This document shows, piece by piece, positions 47,360-59,679 of a stretch of DNA of 64,000 nt (positions are counted from its first letter, which is position 1; the number at the start of each line of letters is the position of its first letter). Origin of the DNA: Chiloscyllium plagiosum (taxonomy: Eukaryota); assembly GCF_004010195.1 (NCBI RefSeq), contig NC_057720.1:24612746-24676745 (forward strand). The letters run 5' to 3'. The notes beneath the pieces were generated by a model that was given only the letters and a program-made list of their open reading frames with translations, made no database searches and was not told the origin of the DNA. Position numbers and translations under genes: made by a program.

Positions 47360-47505
47360 AACTGATTCACAGGCTCAGGAGGAAGTTAGATACGAGCTTC
47401 ACAAACAATATTCAACGTCCTGCTGACTGGAGCAATCACCACCCTCTGAACTTTGCTGTCAACACAGTCACGTGACCTGGACAGGAGAGAATGGGAAGTT
47501 TCCCT
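47360..47505. promoter_or_regulatory. Candidate distal enhancer motif cluster
   Basis: GTCACGTGAC (47467-47476), TGAACTTTG (47447-47455), GGGAAGTTTCCC (47493-47504), ACAAACAATA (47401-47410), AGGAAGT (about 47380) and TGATTCA (47363-47369) in non-repetitive-looking DNA. Confidence 0.3.
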
Positions 47506-47651
47506 AATTTAATGTCTTTCTACAAGTATGGAGTTTTCACTTCTAACCAGGAATGGATGAACCCTTTCTCATGAGCAGCAAACACTGCAGATTGTACACT
47601 GTGAGGAAAATCCAGGATACTATTGTTACAACAACTACTCAGCCACAGGAT

Positions 47652-48145
47652 CATAGAATTGTTATGGTGCAGAGGGAGACTATTTAGACAAGTGTCTGCA
47701 CTGGCTCTCCAATGAGCATTATGACCTAGTGCCAATTTCCTGCACTTTCCCTAAACCCTTACACATGATTACTTAAATAGAAACAATCCAATGTCCTCCT
47801 GGATCTCCACCACACCATTCCACCAGTACATTCCAAATTCAAATCACTCAAGTATTTTGTTCACATTACATTTGCTACATTTCCAAATCTTTTTCGATCT
47901 CTGCCCTCTAGTTCTCAGTCTTTTGGTGAGCAGGATCAGTTTCTCCCATGTACTCCATCCAGACCTCACATGAGTTTGTAAATTTCTATCAGATCTCTTA
48001 GCCACCTTCTCTCCAAGAAAAACAGTCCCAAACACTGCAGTCTAGCCTGATAACTGAAGTTGCTCAAGCCAGAGCTATTTTTGCAGATCCCACCTGCCTC
48101 TGTTTCCAATGTGTTCACATTCATCCTATGGTATGGCACACAGAG
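47652..48145 (-). mobile_element. Old CR1-like 3' fragment
   Basis: LGLFFLEKRWL.EI..KFT and RTRGQR remnants on minus. Confidence 0.6.
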
Positions 48146-48168
48146 CTGTCAGGTATTAATCAGCACTT

Positions 48169-48320
48169 TCAGTGTTGATGGTGATGCAGGGGGTTATAAA
48201 CAGCTCTGTCAATGCTGATAGAGGCACAGGGGTCAGTAACAAGCCCTGTCAGTACTGATAAAGACACAGGGTTGGTAACTAGTTCCATCGGTGCTGATAG
48301 CAACACATGGACTAGTAACC
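48169..48320. repeat. Degenerate about 40-bp minisatellite, about 3.8 copies
   Basis: Units start at 48169, 48209, 48249 and 48288 with tc(a/g)(g/a)t(g/a)(c/t)tgat...caggg...taa. Confidence 0.7.
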
Positions 48321-50811
48321 AACACAACATGACACCCCCATGCAACACCTTCAACATTCATGCCTTCCATCAACAACACACAGTGGCAGTGGTCCCCACC
48401 ATCTATCTTTGGACTGCAGTAACTCTCCAAAATTCCTTGCACAGTATCGTTCAAACCCAACATCTCCACAATCCAGAGAAACAAGGGGACCAGATGCATG
48501 GGAGTACCGCTACCTGCAATTTACCCTTGAAGCTACACACCCTCCAGGTTTGGAATTATGTCACTATACTTTCGCTATTGCTGGAGAAAAATTCTGAAAC
48601 TCTGTTCCAATGAGCACTGTAGGTGCACCTGCACAACACTGAGTGCAGTGGTTTAAGAAGGCAGCTCATCATTACCTTTCTCAAGGGTAGTAGGGTTAGC
48701 TGGTCCTGACATGACACTTGTATCCCATGATGTTTTTTTTTTAATTCTCCACATTGTCCCTTCTTATTCCCTTCCTTAGTCCTAGAAATATTCTGTTCTT
48801 TTGATTCTAATCCATGAAGCAAACATCTATATAGTTGTAATCCCACTTCTCCATCCTGCATGCTATGTTCCATCCTTTACTGCCTTCTCTTTCTTTTCTT
48901 CCTGCGATAATCTCAGAACCCATCTTTCAAACAACACTCCAGTCATTCCTCTTATCTTTTCCCAGAAATCAGTTTAGCTACTTTGGAACGTTCTTGATGC
49001 TTAAGGCACTAGTACGTGCAAGAAATAGTTGTTCTAAAACACACCAATGAATTATTCACATTCGTGTTCAGCTTCATAGCTCCTCCACCCGCTTATTCAC
49101 TTTGGTCCAAATTTCAGAGTGCTCAAACCATTCATTCCAACCTGTAACTTCAACATTATGGCCCAACTCTTGAATTTCCTAACTTCTGCCTGTCACCTCA
49201 CTCCTAAAGGTCTTCTCAAATCTAGGACTATATAACACTTCTCACAGTATTTTGTAAAAAAAACACAAGTGAAAATCCACAAATCAAATCAAATCTAAAT
49301 CAAATAATTTCAGCCATCAGTCCTATACTATCACTGTACAGTTTTTGTCCTCACCCTGCATAGTGCTCTGGGGCATTTCTCTGTTAAAGACACTGATGTA
49401 CAAATTGTCAATTGCTATTTTAACATAAATGATGAAATGCCTTTCTGTACCACAATGTTCTATGGTGTGTATGGCCACACTTCAGCGTGTCACATGATAT
49501 TCTGCTGTAAAGTGTAAACTCTAAGACTGAAGATCTTATTAAATGTGGAGGAATTCCACTATCAGAAACTGAAATACTTTCATTCAGGATGAATCAGTCG
49601 TGGTTCAGAGAGAAAGAAAATATAGTTGGCAATGTGAATAAATTCTCTGTCAAGATTTGTTCCAGAAGTTTTATCTGGTCCTTTGCCTGGGAGCCGTGGG
49701 AGCAATGGGCAGACTGCACTTGCTTCCTCACAGTGAAAGCAATGTTTTGATGAAAGGCACTAAAACAATAACATTGATATCTTGAGGATCTTGCTGCTTC
49801 CTGAAAAGGTCTAACAGAACAGGGACATGTTTTGATACAGTAGCTTGCTGTTGCCCAAGAAAAAGTTGTTTTGATCTGGGAGATGACACTAATATTAATT
49901 ATTGCTCAAAAATGAGATTTGGAGTTCAAAGGAATACTGAATTCACGTGGTATTGCTACAGAAAAGAGTGTCCAATCACTCAAGCACTTTCTGAGGATCC
50001 ACATTAGTGGTCAGGTATACACTCCTAATGTCTCTTGATCATTTAAGAAATCTTTTTTCTTTCTCAATCTTGCATCATTTGTTCTGTTGCTTTTACCCAA
50101 ACAAGCTCCATTGGTCACCATTGCATAGCATTAAGCATCCTCTTTAAGCCATCCTCCTCAGCTGAACATCCATTTTCCTGTTACCTAGTTGTGAAACATT
50201 TTCCTTACATTAAACGCATCACATTAGTTCATGTTGTTGCTATTGAAAGTGATTACTGAAATGTGAAATGTGAACTTACAAAGGCTGTTGCCATGGTAAG
50301 TGACACAAGAGAGTTTGCATCCAAACTAATGGCAATATTGCTAAACAAGTAACTAAAGTTTTGCCATTAATAGTACTTTTAGTTTTTTTAGTGCCTGACT
50401 GCACATGGTTCTCTGTTCCTAAGCTAAACACAAATTCACTGGAGATTTTGCTGACTGATGTCTGGCTTAAACACAGATCAAAGCCATTTTTCTTTGACTG
50501 TGTCTGCATTGCAAGGGTCACCACACTCACTTTATTACAGTATCCTTCTGGATTCCAGGATGAAACTGTACAAATATCTTGTGGTCAATCATGTCTAATC
50601 GTATCCAGGAGGTCACTGAGCAACTACTAATGATGGCATCCAGATACATAAATTTTCTAAAGAAAATTACAACTGTAAGTTCTAATGCAATGATTAGACT
50701 TTTTCTTTTGCGTATAATGAACACCCCATTTTTAAAATATTCATTTTGGTGATGCTCTTCTGGAAAGTCTGCATAGGCATGATAGGCCAAATGGTTTCTT
50801 TTTAATAATCA

Positions 50812-50985
50812 TACATAACGTCCTAGGTCGTAGAGTTGGCACAGCACATAAACAGACCCTTCAGTCCAACTCATCCATGCTGGCCAGATATTCTAAACTA
50901 ATCTAGTCCTATTTGCCAGCATTTGGCCCACATCCCTCAAAACCCTTCTTATTTATCAACCCATCCCCCAGATGCCTTTTAATTC
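50812..50985 (-). mobile_element. CR1 3' tail fragment
   Basis: Matches the 3' ends of the other HER1-like copies. Confidence 0.8.
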
Positions 50986-52580
50986 CAATATCCTTAGGGC
51001 CAGTTGACAGGGCTGTCCCTTATCACCATTGTTTTTCACATTGGTGATTGAACTGCTGGTGGAGGCAATACGTAGGGATCCCAATATATCTGATACAGAA
51101 GTGGTGACAAAGTCACATAGATTGCATTGTATGCAGATGATGTTCTTTTATCAAACCCAACAGTTTTGGTGCCTCATCTAATACAATGCATTAATTTGTT
51201 TGGTGGCTTTTTGGGTCACAAGATCAACTTTGCGAAATTAGAGGCCAAGCCCATGGGTAGTCTCCCAACATACCTGATCCTGAGGATGAATCTCGATTTC
51301 TCTTTAGGTGTCAACTTAGGTATATTCATTACCCCTGTCTTTGATCAGCTATTTAAAGCTAATTTTGCCCATTTATTTGACAGAATCAAACAATACCTTT
51401 GAAGATGGGAGGTGCTTCCGATCTCCTGGTTAGGTTGGATAGCCCTCATTAAAATGAACATTCTCCCCCGTCTGCTGTTTCCTATGTCAATGCTTCCTCT
51501 GCTTTTTACTAAGCAAACATTTAGAAGACTGAACGGCTGGTTCAGTTCCTTTATTTGGTATCGCAAGCAACCCCTGATTAAGCTGACAAAATTGCAGCTA
51601 CCCCACAGACTGGGAGGTGTTGACCTCCTAGATGTCAAAAACTGTCAATTAAGTTCATTGCTATCTTACGTAAATGATTGGGCCCTGGGGGGACCCTCAC
51701 TCACTTTGGCTGGACATCGAGGCACCTCAGGCAAGATGCCCCTTATTAGCTTGTTATTCTTGGACAAAATGAGGACAGTTAAGGAATATGCCATAGCCCA
51801 ATAGTTATTAATACTGTCAAGACATGGAGGGCAATGCATCAGAGTGAGGGCAATACTGCCAAAACATCATTTTTTTATACCCATAGTTGGTATGCCAGGT
51901 TTTCAGCCAGGGATAATGGACTCGAGGTTTAAACTATGGGCAGCTCAGGGTGTGTCTTGCCTGGGTGACTTATTCGAAGGGGATATACTGATGTCCTTTG
52001 ACCAGTTGGCTCAAAAATATGAATTGCCCAGTAGGGACCTCTTCTGTTTCTTTCAAATTAGGAATTTCATACAAAAAGAGACCTCACTTCTAACTGATTC
52101 TTATAGATCTGACATGGAGAAGAGGGTGCTGAGTACTGAAGACACATTTTCTGTCAGTAATGTCTATAACCTATTGGGAAAGGGCCCCACAGATGACTCC
52201 AAACGGCTCTGTCAGGTATGGGAAAAGGAGCTGGACATTGAGATATCTTCTGAAGTATGGGAGGATATCTGGACTCATGCCCTGCAATTGAACATTCTCC
52301 ATAGGGTCCAATTGGCTCCAGACCCTCTTTTGAAATTTAAAGTGGGAGTATCTCCAATGTGTCCTAAATGCAAAATACATATGGGTACAATCGCTCATTG
52401 TCTCTGGTCCTGACACAGACTGCGGGCATACTGGAGTGCTGTGGTAGGTGAAATGGAGAGGGTCTCAGCCTTGTTAATCCACTTCCATTAGACGTGAAGA
52501 CAAAAAAGCTTTTCTTAATGCTCATTTTTCGTGCAAGAAAGAACATTCTGTTAGGGTGGGTATCTGAACCCCCCATTCGC
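50985..52580 (+). mobile_element. L1-clade LINE ORF2 fragment (RT + C-terminal zinc knuckle), decayed
   Basis: QGCPLSPL, LYADDVLL, KIN..KLE, LIKMNILPRLLF, LPHRLGG and MCPKCKIHMGTIAHCLWS. Confidence 0.9.
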
Positions 52581-52827
52581 CTCTTCTTAGAAGAAATTTC
52601 ACCTTAAAGGTAACTCAATTAGATTGACAGGGAAATTAAAAAGTTTTACTTTTAGATATTGCCTAGTACTTCTCTTGGGAATGTCTCATAGTCCCTCACA
52701 TCGATGGATCATTTTGAAGTGCAGTAGGTAGTTGTATTAGAAACAGCCAGATATGAAAGCAAAGAAATCAATGGAGTAACTATCTCCCATAGATTGAAGA
52801 ATGCTGAGAAGAACTAATCTCATTCGA

Positions 52828-53148
52828 TTTGATTAGATTAGATTCCCTACAGTGTGGAAACAGGCCCTTCGGCCCAACAAGTCCACACTGACCCTCCAAA
52901 GAGCAACCCACCCAGACTCATTCCCCAACATTTATGCCTAGCTAATGCACCTAACACTACGGGCAATTTAGCCGTGCCAATCTGCCTACCCTGCACATCT
53001 TTGGACTGTGGGAGGAAACCATAGCACCCAGAGGAAACCCACGCAGACATGGGGAGAATGTGCAAACTCCACAGACAGTTGTCCGAGGCCGGAATTGAAC
53101 CCATGTCCTTGGCACTGTGAGGCAGCAGTACTGACCACTGAACTACAG
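52828..53148 (-). mobile_element. HE1-like V-SINE
   Basis: B box GGTTCAATTCC, V-domain and (attag)n tail. Confidence 0.9.
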
Positions 53149-53777
53149 GAGTTATGGAGAATGCAGAGTTTGATGATGACTGACAATGAAATGCCAAGCT
53201 TTGCTTAAATTCAAACCAAGCAGGTTAACTCTGATTTATCAAAAGGATTGACCTGAGGAATGAACCAGAGACCAGCTGCTAACTTTAAAAAAAATGCAAC
53301 AAATATAACGCGCGTATATGTTCTTTCTGTCTACAAAGACCTGCTTAAATCTGTACAACAAATGCAACAGATTGCCAATTCTGGAAATTTCAAATGAAAA
53401 CAGAAATTCTGGAAATACTCAGTATTCTGGAGATAAATGTATTAAGGAATTTGAAGATGGTATGGAAACATGGATTTGAGATGGTCAGCCATGATCTCAA
53501 GAAGTGTGGCAAGCTTTAACAGCTAAATAGCGTACTTCTGTTCCCCTGTTCCTAAATAATCCTGAGTCTGCTAAGAATTGCAGATGATCCAATTAAGATG
53601 GTCAGTCAGGCTCACAATCTGGCACACCAATGTGTACTGGAAAATACATATAGTACTACACAAGCCTGTGTTCATTAACTGTGTGCTCTCTCCACAGATG
53701 CTGCCTGACCTGATGAGAACTTTCAGATTTTCTGTTTTTATTTCAGATTTTCAGCATTGTCAATATTTGGCTTTTGA

Positions 53778-54025
53778 AGAAAGTGAGGACTGCAGATAGA
53801 GTCATAGAGATGTACAGCATGGAAACAGACTCTTCGGTCCAACACATCCATGCCAACCAGATATCACAACCCAATCTAGTCCCACCTGCCATGTTGGAGA
53901 TCAGAGTCAAAACGTATGGTGCTGGAAAAGCACAGCCGGTCAGGCAACATCCGAGGAGCAGGAGAGTCGACGTTTCGGGCATAAGCCTTTCATCAATTAC
54001 ATTCCTGACTTTTCCAGCACCACAC
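53778..54025. mobile_element. PLE family A cassette with a CR1 tail (about 53797-53890, minus) inserted; family C fragments adjacent
   Basis: gtgaggactgcagat | CR1 tail | atgttggagatcagagtc...gacgtttcgggcataagcc; short inverted arm cttttccagcacca. Confidence 0.75.
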
Positions 54026-54639
54026 TTTTTGTTTTGATGTGCAGATCTAAGTAATGTAAAATGGTTCTAATGTGAACTTCCATTTAATGGCATAGCTTAG
54101 TTTAAGCAGAAAATAGCCTTATGACAAATTTTGAGGATGTGCATATTCATGTAGATGTACTGTATATGAAATGTTGAAGTGTCAGTAATGATAATTGTTA
54201 ATTAAAGAGAGAAAGTTAATCCAGTATATATCGCTAAATCTGAAACCACCACATCTCAATTATTACCTCTCTGTGAATCATCATAAATAGGTCAGCTAGC
54301 ATTTTAATTCAGCCTTTGACCTGTGGATATGCAAATTTCTCATTCCCTTCATTTGTCCTGAGCACAATCAACATTGGCACTGCTGTGAACAATGGTAAAT
54401 TGTTTTTTTTCCAACAGTACATTTAATCTGCTGGGATTCTTAAAACCTGTCCTACAAATTAAGATACTGATATATCACTTCAGAATTAGATGTATGCAAA
54501 ATTGTCTAAGTAGAATTAATCTACCTCTTCTTGATGCCGATGCACTCCAATAGCAATCAGACAAAGGACTATTTCTCATTAAGTGTCATGGATTATTAAC
54601 TAGAATGTTGGATGGATTTTGTTACATTGAATTTGTTAT

Positions 54640-54965
54640 GTTCATTCACAGATGCGAGCATTGCTGGCTGGATCGGTATCTATTGCTAATCCCTAATTGT
54701 CCAGAGGGCAGTTAACAGTCAGCCACATTGCTGTGGATCTGGAATCACATGTAGGCCAAACTAGGTAAGGATGGAAGATTTCCTTTCTCAAAAGACATTA
54801 GTGAATCAGGTGGGTTTTTATGGCAGTGAGCAGTAGTTGCATGGTCGCTATTTATTTTTATTGAATCCAAGTTACACTATCTGCCATGATGGGATTTGAG
54901 TCTGTGTCTCCAGAACACTAGCCTGGGGTCAAGGATTATTATTCCACTAGTCCACATTACCACTA
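54640..54965 (-). mobile_element. tRNA-type SINE (same family as 19248-19535)
   Basis: Shared blocks ccctaattg.ccagagggca, ggtaaggatgg.agatttcc, gacattagtga..cag.tgggttttta. Confidence 0.65.
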
Positions 54966-56207
54966 CCTTACAATAACGTCAGACACGACCTTAATGTCCA
55001 ATCTCATGTATTATGTTTGATAACAATGCAACCTTGGATCATCATAGACTTACCAGAACAAAGAGCTGCTCTCTCATTGGACAGTGACGACTAGCGGTAT
55101 TTTAACCTGAGGGCCACTAGGAGAGAGGTCAAGAAGGAGAGTCCTTCATGGTAACCTCAGCCAACGATGGGAATTGAACCCACAAGCTCATGGTCCTGCC
55201 AAATGAACTAAACTAATCCCCAATGCAACTTCAATTCTATAAGGGTACAGGAAATTTTCAGAAGCATTACTTTTAGTTTTGTAGCATTGACTGATGTGGA
55301 ATAACTCTCCCATTTTGCTGCTGAGAATATGCGTGATCTGAAACGTGGGCTGCAACTTTCTTGTTGTGGGAGACAGATAAAGCCTCACTTATTGGATATG
55401 TTAAATGTTAAATACGGTCTCTGGGGAGTGTTGTTATTGCACTTTAAGTGTTCAGACGTTAAATAGAATACACAGTCTGGTCTAATGTGTCGTTACACAT
55501 TTTTAGAGTATTTCATGACTAATTTAAGATCAACCGATTGTAGAAACTATCAAATGTGATCAAAGTAAAATGCTGACAAACATTCTCAGACAACTGGCAC
55601 CTCATCAGCCAGGCTACTTTGGTGTCTTGTGAACCAGTTTTTTTAATATCAGTTATTGTATTTACTGCCTGAAACCTTCACCAGAAGAGAAATCAGTGGA
55701 GCCCATTAAAAACACGTTTAAAGGACAGCTGTTGGTTCCAAGTGTTTTAATTGGATCTTACTGTGAGATTGTTACTGCACACATGGACTGATGTTTAAAA
55801 AGTGTTTTCAGCTATCAAGATACTTGCAAATGTCTTATTCCCATATGTAGATACCCGCTCTCTGTGTTGCCTGAATATTGAACTTTGAATAATAGTGTAA
55901 CCTCAAAATTTATTTTAACACACACACATCACATATCCTTAGGTATATCCAGTGCACTGGGCATTCCAATAACTGGCTCATGAACAATATGTAAGTAATG
56001 TCACTTAAGAATTATCTATCCTAAGGATTTCATGAATATTGCTTTATTTGTAAGCTTGTCTAGTTTGATTGGGCCCCTCTCAAATAACATGAGAAAGAAG
56101 AAACCATTGATTCGCAGAAATGCGTGACTAAATAAAACAGCATGTGCGCAGCCAAACTTCATAGCATTCCTGTCACACATAATGAAATCATTCTACTAAT
56201 TAATCTA

Positions 56208-56437
56208 TGGTGCTAGCTGAAATACATCCACAGAGGTCAGTGTCCCATCACAAAGTCACCCTTTATTTACATGTGCATAGTCCTTGACACTGGTCTGGCT
56301 TCCTCAGAGTGAGCAGAATCTCTGATGATCCTGATTGATCTGTCAGCCAGGGTTCCCGCATTCGACCAGATTAACAGCCCAAATCAGGAAACTCATTCTA
56401 TGAGGTCTGTCTGGCTGACCCAGTTACAATCACTACA
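56208..56437 (-). mobile_element. Short solo-LTR-like repeat (Gypsy-type termini)
   Basis: Minus strand starts TGTAGTG, has AATAAA near 56267-56262 and ends CA; homologous to 38425-38665. Confidence 0.6.
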
Positions 56438-57029
56438 CCAGCACTGTTTCTTGATCCAGCAAAGAAAAGAATTCAACAATATTTACTTATATTATAACAT
56501 ATAAACTTTATACATTTTTATACAGATGAAGTTTGATTTTGAGTAGAATATGAAAAATGATGTCTATTTTTTGATCCAGTCCCCAGTATCAGTATGCAAT
56601 GTAATGTAACACTGCAATTTGGCTCATTATTTCAGGCTTCCAGCACTTACATATTTGCAACAGTCCTGTTGGATATAACATGTATATATTATTATTTGGA
56701 AAACGTTTTTATTTGAGTACACTGTGCTGACATTATCTGATGGGAAGATTTCCAATGTTCATTGATTCCGTTGGTACTACCTTTTGAGCACTATTCCTGT
56801 CTACTGTCTACACTAAATGCGGCTGATTGCATGTTTGAAACTAAAAATCAGCATAAGTACCTCCAGGTGAGAAAGGAAGTGGGTAAGAAAACGAGAAGAT
56901 AAGCAACAAATGTTCCTGAACCTACAAATGAGAACTAGCCAAATTAATTGTAGCTTCAGAACTTCTCTCAGTGTGGCTGTAAAAGGGAGCTTTGACTACT
57001 TAAAGGCACAAATACAATATTCAGGTATG

Positions 57030-57309
57030 ATTTGGAGATGCTGGTGTTGGACTGGGGTGGACAAAGTTAAAAATCACACAATACCAGGTTATAGACCAAC
57101 AGATTTAGTTGGAAGCACCAACTTTTGGAGCGCTGCTCCTTCATCAGGTGGTTGTGGTGTACACAATTGTAAGACACAGAAACTTTTGCTATAAATTCTG
57201 TCTTACAATTGTGTACCCCACGACCACCTGATGAAGGAGCAGTGCTCAGAAAGCTAGTGTTTCCAATTAAACCTGTTGACTATAACCTGGTGTTGTGTGA
57301 TTTTTAACT
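57030..57309. mobile_element. Fold-back PLE cassette (family B) with a hammerhead on each strand
   Basis: About 120-bp inverted arms. Direct flanks atattcaggtatg (57017-57029, 57310-57322). Plus core CTGATGA 57228-57234 and GAAA 57249-57252. Confidence 0.9.
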
Positions 57310-57598
57310 ATATTCAGGTATGTTTTGGTGTTATGGAAAGAGGTCCAGCATTGTTGGGGATCTGTCCTCTGGCATTATAGAAGGTTATTAGCTCTGTCAT
57401 GTGCTTACTGAGTTTTAATGGGTAAATTCTGATTGGAAACAGTCAACTCTACAGAGGTCAGTAACTGACTGAGGTTTAGTAGGTTTGTTGTCATTGCCAA
57501 GCAGAGTCTGTCATTTACCCAGCATAACTGCAGCAAAACACTCAAATTGTTTGTTACAATAACTGGATAACAATTTCTTGAGAACTCTTCATGCAAGG

Positions 57599-57791
57599 AG
57601 AAAGTGAGGACTGCAGATGCTGGAGATCAGAGCTGAAAATGTGTTGCTGAAAAAGCGCAACAGGGCAGGCAGCATCCAAGGAACAGGAGAATCGATGTTT
57701 CGGGCATAAGCCCGGCTTATGCCCGAAACGTCGATTCTCCTGTTCCTTGGATGCTGCCTGACCTGCTGCGCTTTTCCAGCAACACATTTTC
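57599..57791. mobile_element. Fold-back PLE cassette (family A), hammerhead truncated at the hairpin apex
   Basis: Near-perfect palindrome centred near 57712. Perfect 16-bp flanks aactcttcatgcaagg (57583-57598, 57792-57807). Confidence 0.9.
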
Positions 57792-59679
57792 AACTCTTCA
57801 TGCAAGGTCTATATTTTGCGATTCTTTTATCAAACCAAATTTAACATGATTGTTTACTTTTATAAGCATTTGGGGAAGAACCCTACAAATAAGAGTTATG
57901 GACAGCATATGCAACATCACCATCTACCTTTTCATATGTCTGAAAAATCCTGATTTTTTTCCGTGCTAATCAGGCTGAAATGGTTATTGCTTATGTCAAC
58001 TTCAGGAACAATAACATTGCTTTTGATATCGTGCACTGAGCTACTGGTATAGACAAGGAACAGGGTGGGGAAAATGCGCTTCCTGAAGGACTTGTTGTTA
58101 AGCTGTTGCAATAAGAGGATTTATGTAACAGGAAGTTATTTATATTCCCTGACAGAACTACATATCAACCACATGTCACCAGTCTGTTGCTTTAGGCTTC
58201 ACGTTCATGATCATGCAACTTATTTTTTCTGGAACACAAAACATAGAAACTGAGAGTGCTGTGGTAAAATCAGGTGAGGAGGTGTTGGATGTCTCTGTTT
58301 ACATGGTGTGATCATAAAATAACCACAAGGACAGGTTTCCTTGAGCTAAACAATGAGATTAGTTTTATTATCCTTAAACTCATTGAAGTAATATAAGAAA
58401 ATACATGCTGAATTTTGCATGTGCAAAAATTCACAGTCAGCATTCAACAACAAATTATAGAGTGGGGAGGTATAAGGTGGTCAAATTGTAAAATGTCTTA
58501 AAAAAGGAAGAGCCTGTAGTTTGGTGCCTTGGCTTGTTTCAAATTCAATAATTTTGGTGTTTCCAATTTAAAGACATCAATGATTGAATTAGTTGTTCCT
58601 CTGGAGGCAGTATTGTTCAGTTAAATTCTTTTAATAGATTTCTTTTTGGAGGACTTCCCTAAATGATTAGAGTCAGAAAACAGAATTTAAACTCAGAGCC
58701 CAAGAAAGCTATCAGGTGATTTGAAGAATGAAGGAGGCAGTCTGTGTAAGGTAATGTGTCTTTAAAAGTTAATTATGCAGTCTGCACAAGGCAGACTGAT
58801 GATGTCACACAGTGGGTGGAGAATCAAGGACTCCAGCTCTGGATCTTGATGGGGTTAGACATGACATGTCTGACTACTGATAATATTAATAAATATGTCC
58901 AATAAGGCAATATAATTTGTACCTATTTTTATCATGCACCATCCTAAACATTGTTCTTAAGACAAGTGCCTCTTCTTGTTAAAACTCATTAGGAATTCAT
59001 CCTCTTCTACTGTTAACTGAACAAATCCTTACATCCATTATAGAAAAGATGAGTAGTGGCAGTACTTTACCTTAACATCAGGCTGCTAATGTTGGCAGGA
59101 GACATCCCACCTCAGTCTTCTCCCTAAAATTGTGTCTTTAATTCTGCTGCAGAAGCACATGATTAAAACTTTAAAAATGGTTGACTTTCCTGTGATCTGC
59201 CAGAGGGATCAAAATCAAAGATTGCCTATATGTTCCAAAGTTGACATCCTTAGTTCCTATTGGTTACCTAAGAGTTCATTGTCCAAGCAATTAGCCTTAA
59301 TGACTTATTTTCATGAGTTGAACAACTCAGATCATTGCTTAGATGCTTTGCTAATGAGACGGGAGATGTGAGTCAATCACACTCCTTGAAGTCAGTGTTT
59401 TTGATGGGTTTTGCAGACAGACCGCCTCCATTGCATTGAATTGGAATGTAGAATGCATAACAATACAAATGGAAATAGCCATGGTGGGCTGAGTTCAAGT
59501 CACTTCAATCTCTATCACTGGACTCATCACAGCTCTATATAACAAGAATTGAAATATGACATTCTAAATGTTAAGAAAATAAGTCTGATTTTCCACCCAA
59601 ATGAGGCAAGCGTTTTGCTTCCACAAGGTCGAAAGCATGCATTAGCCATGTCATTATTACTGCCTCATTTATATGCAGT

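Noticed and set aside
48169..48320. CRISPR-like periodicity
   Set aside because: Eukaryotic context, units homologous throughout with no unique spacers, no cas genes.
58260..59077. Solo LTR (TGT...ACA)
   Set aside because: No TSD or second copy in the window; not supportable by eye.
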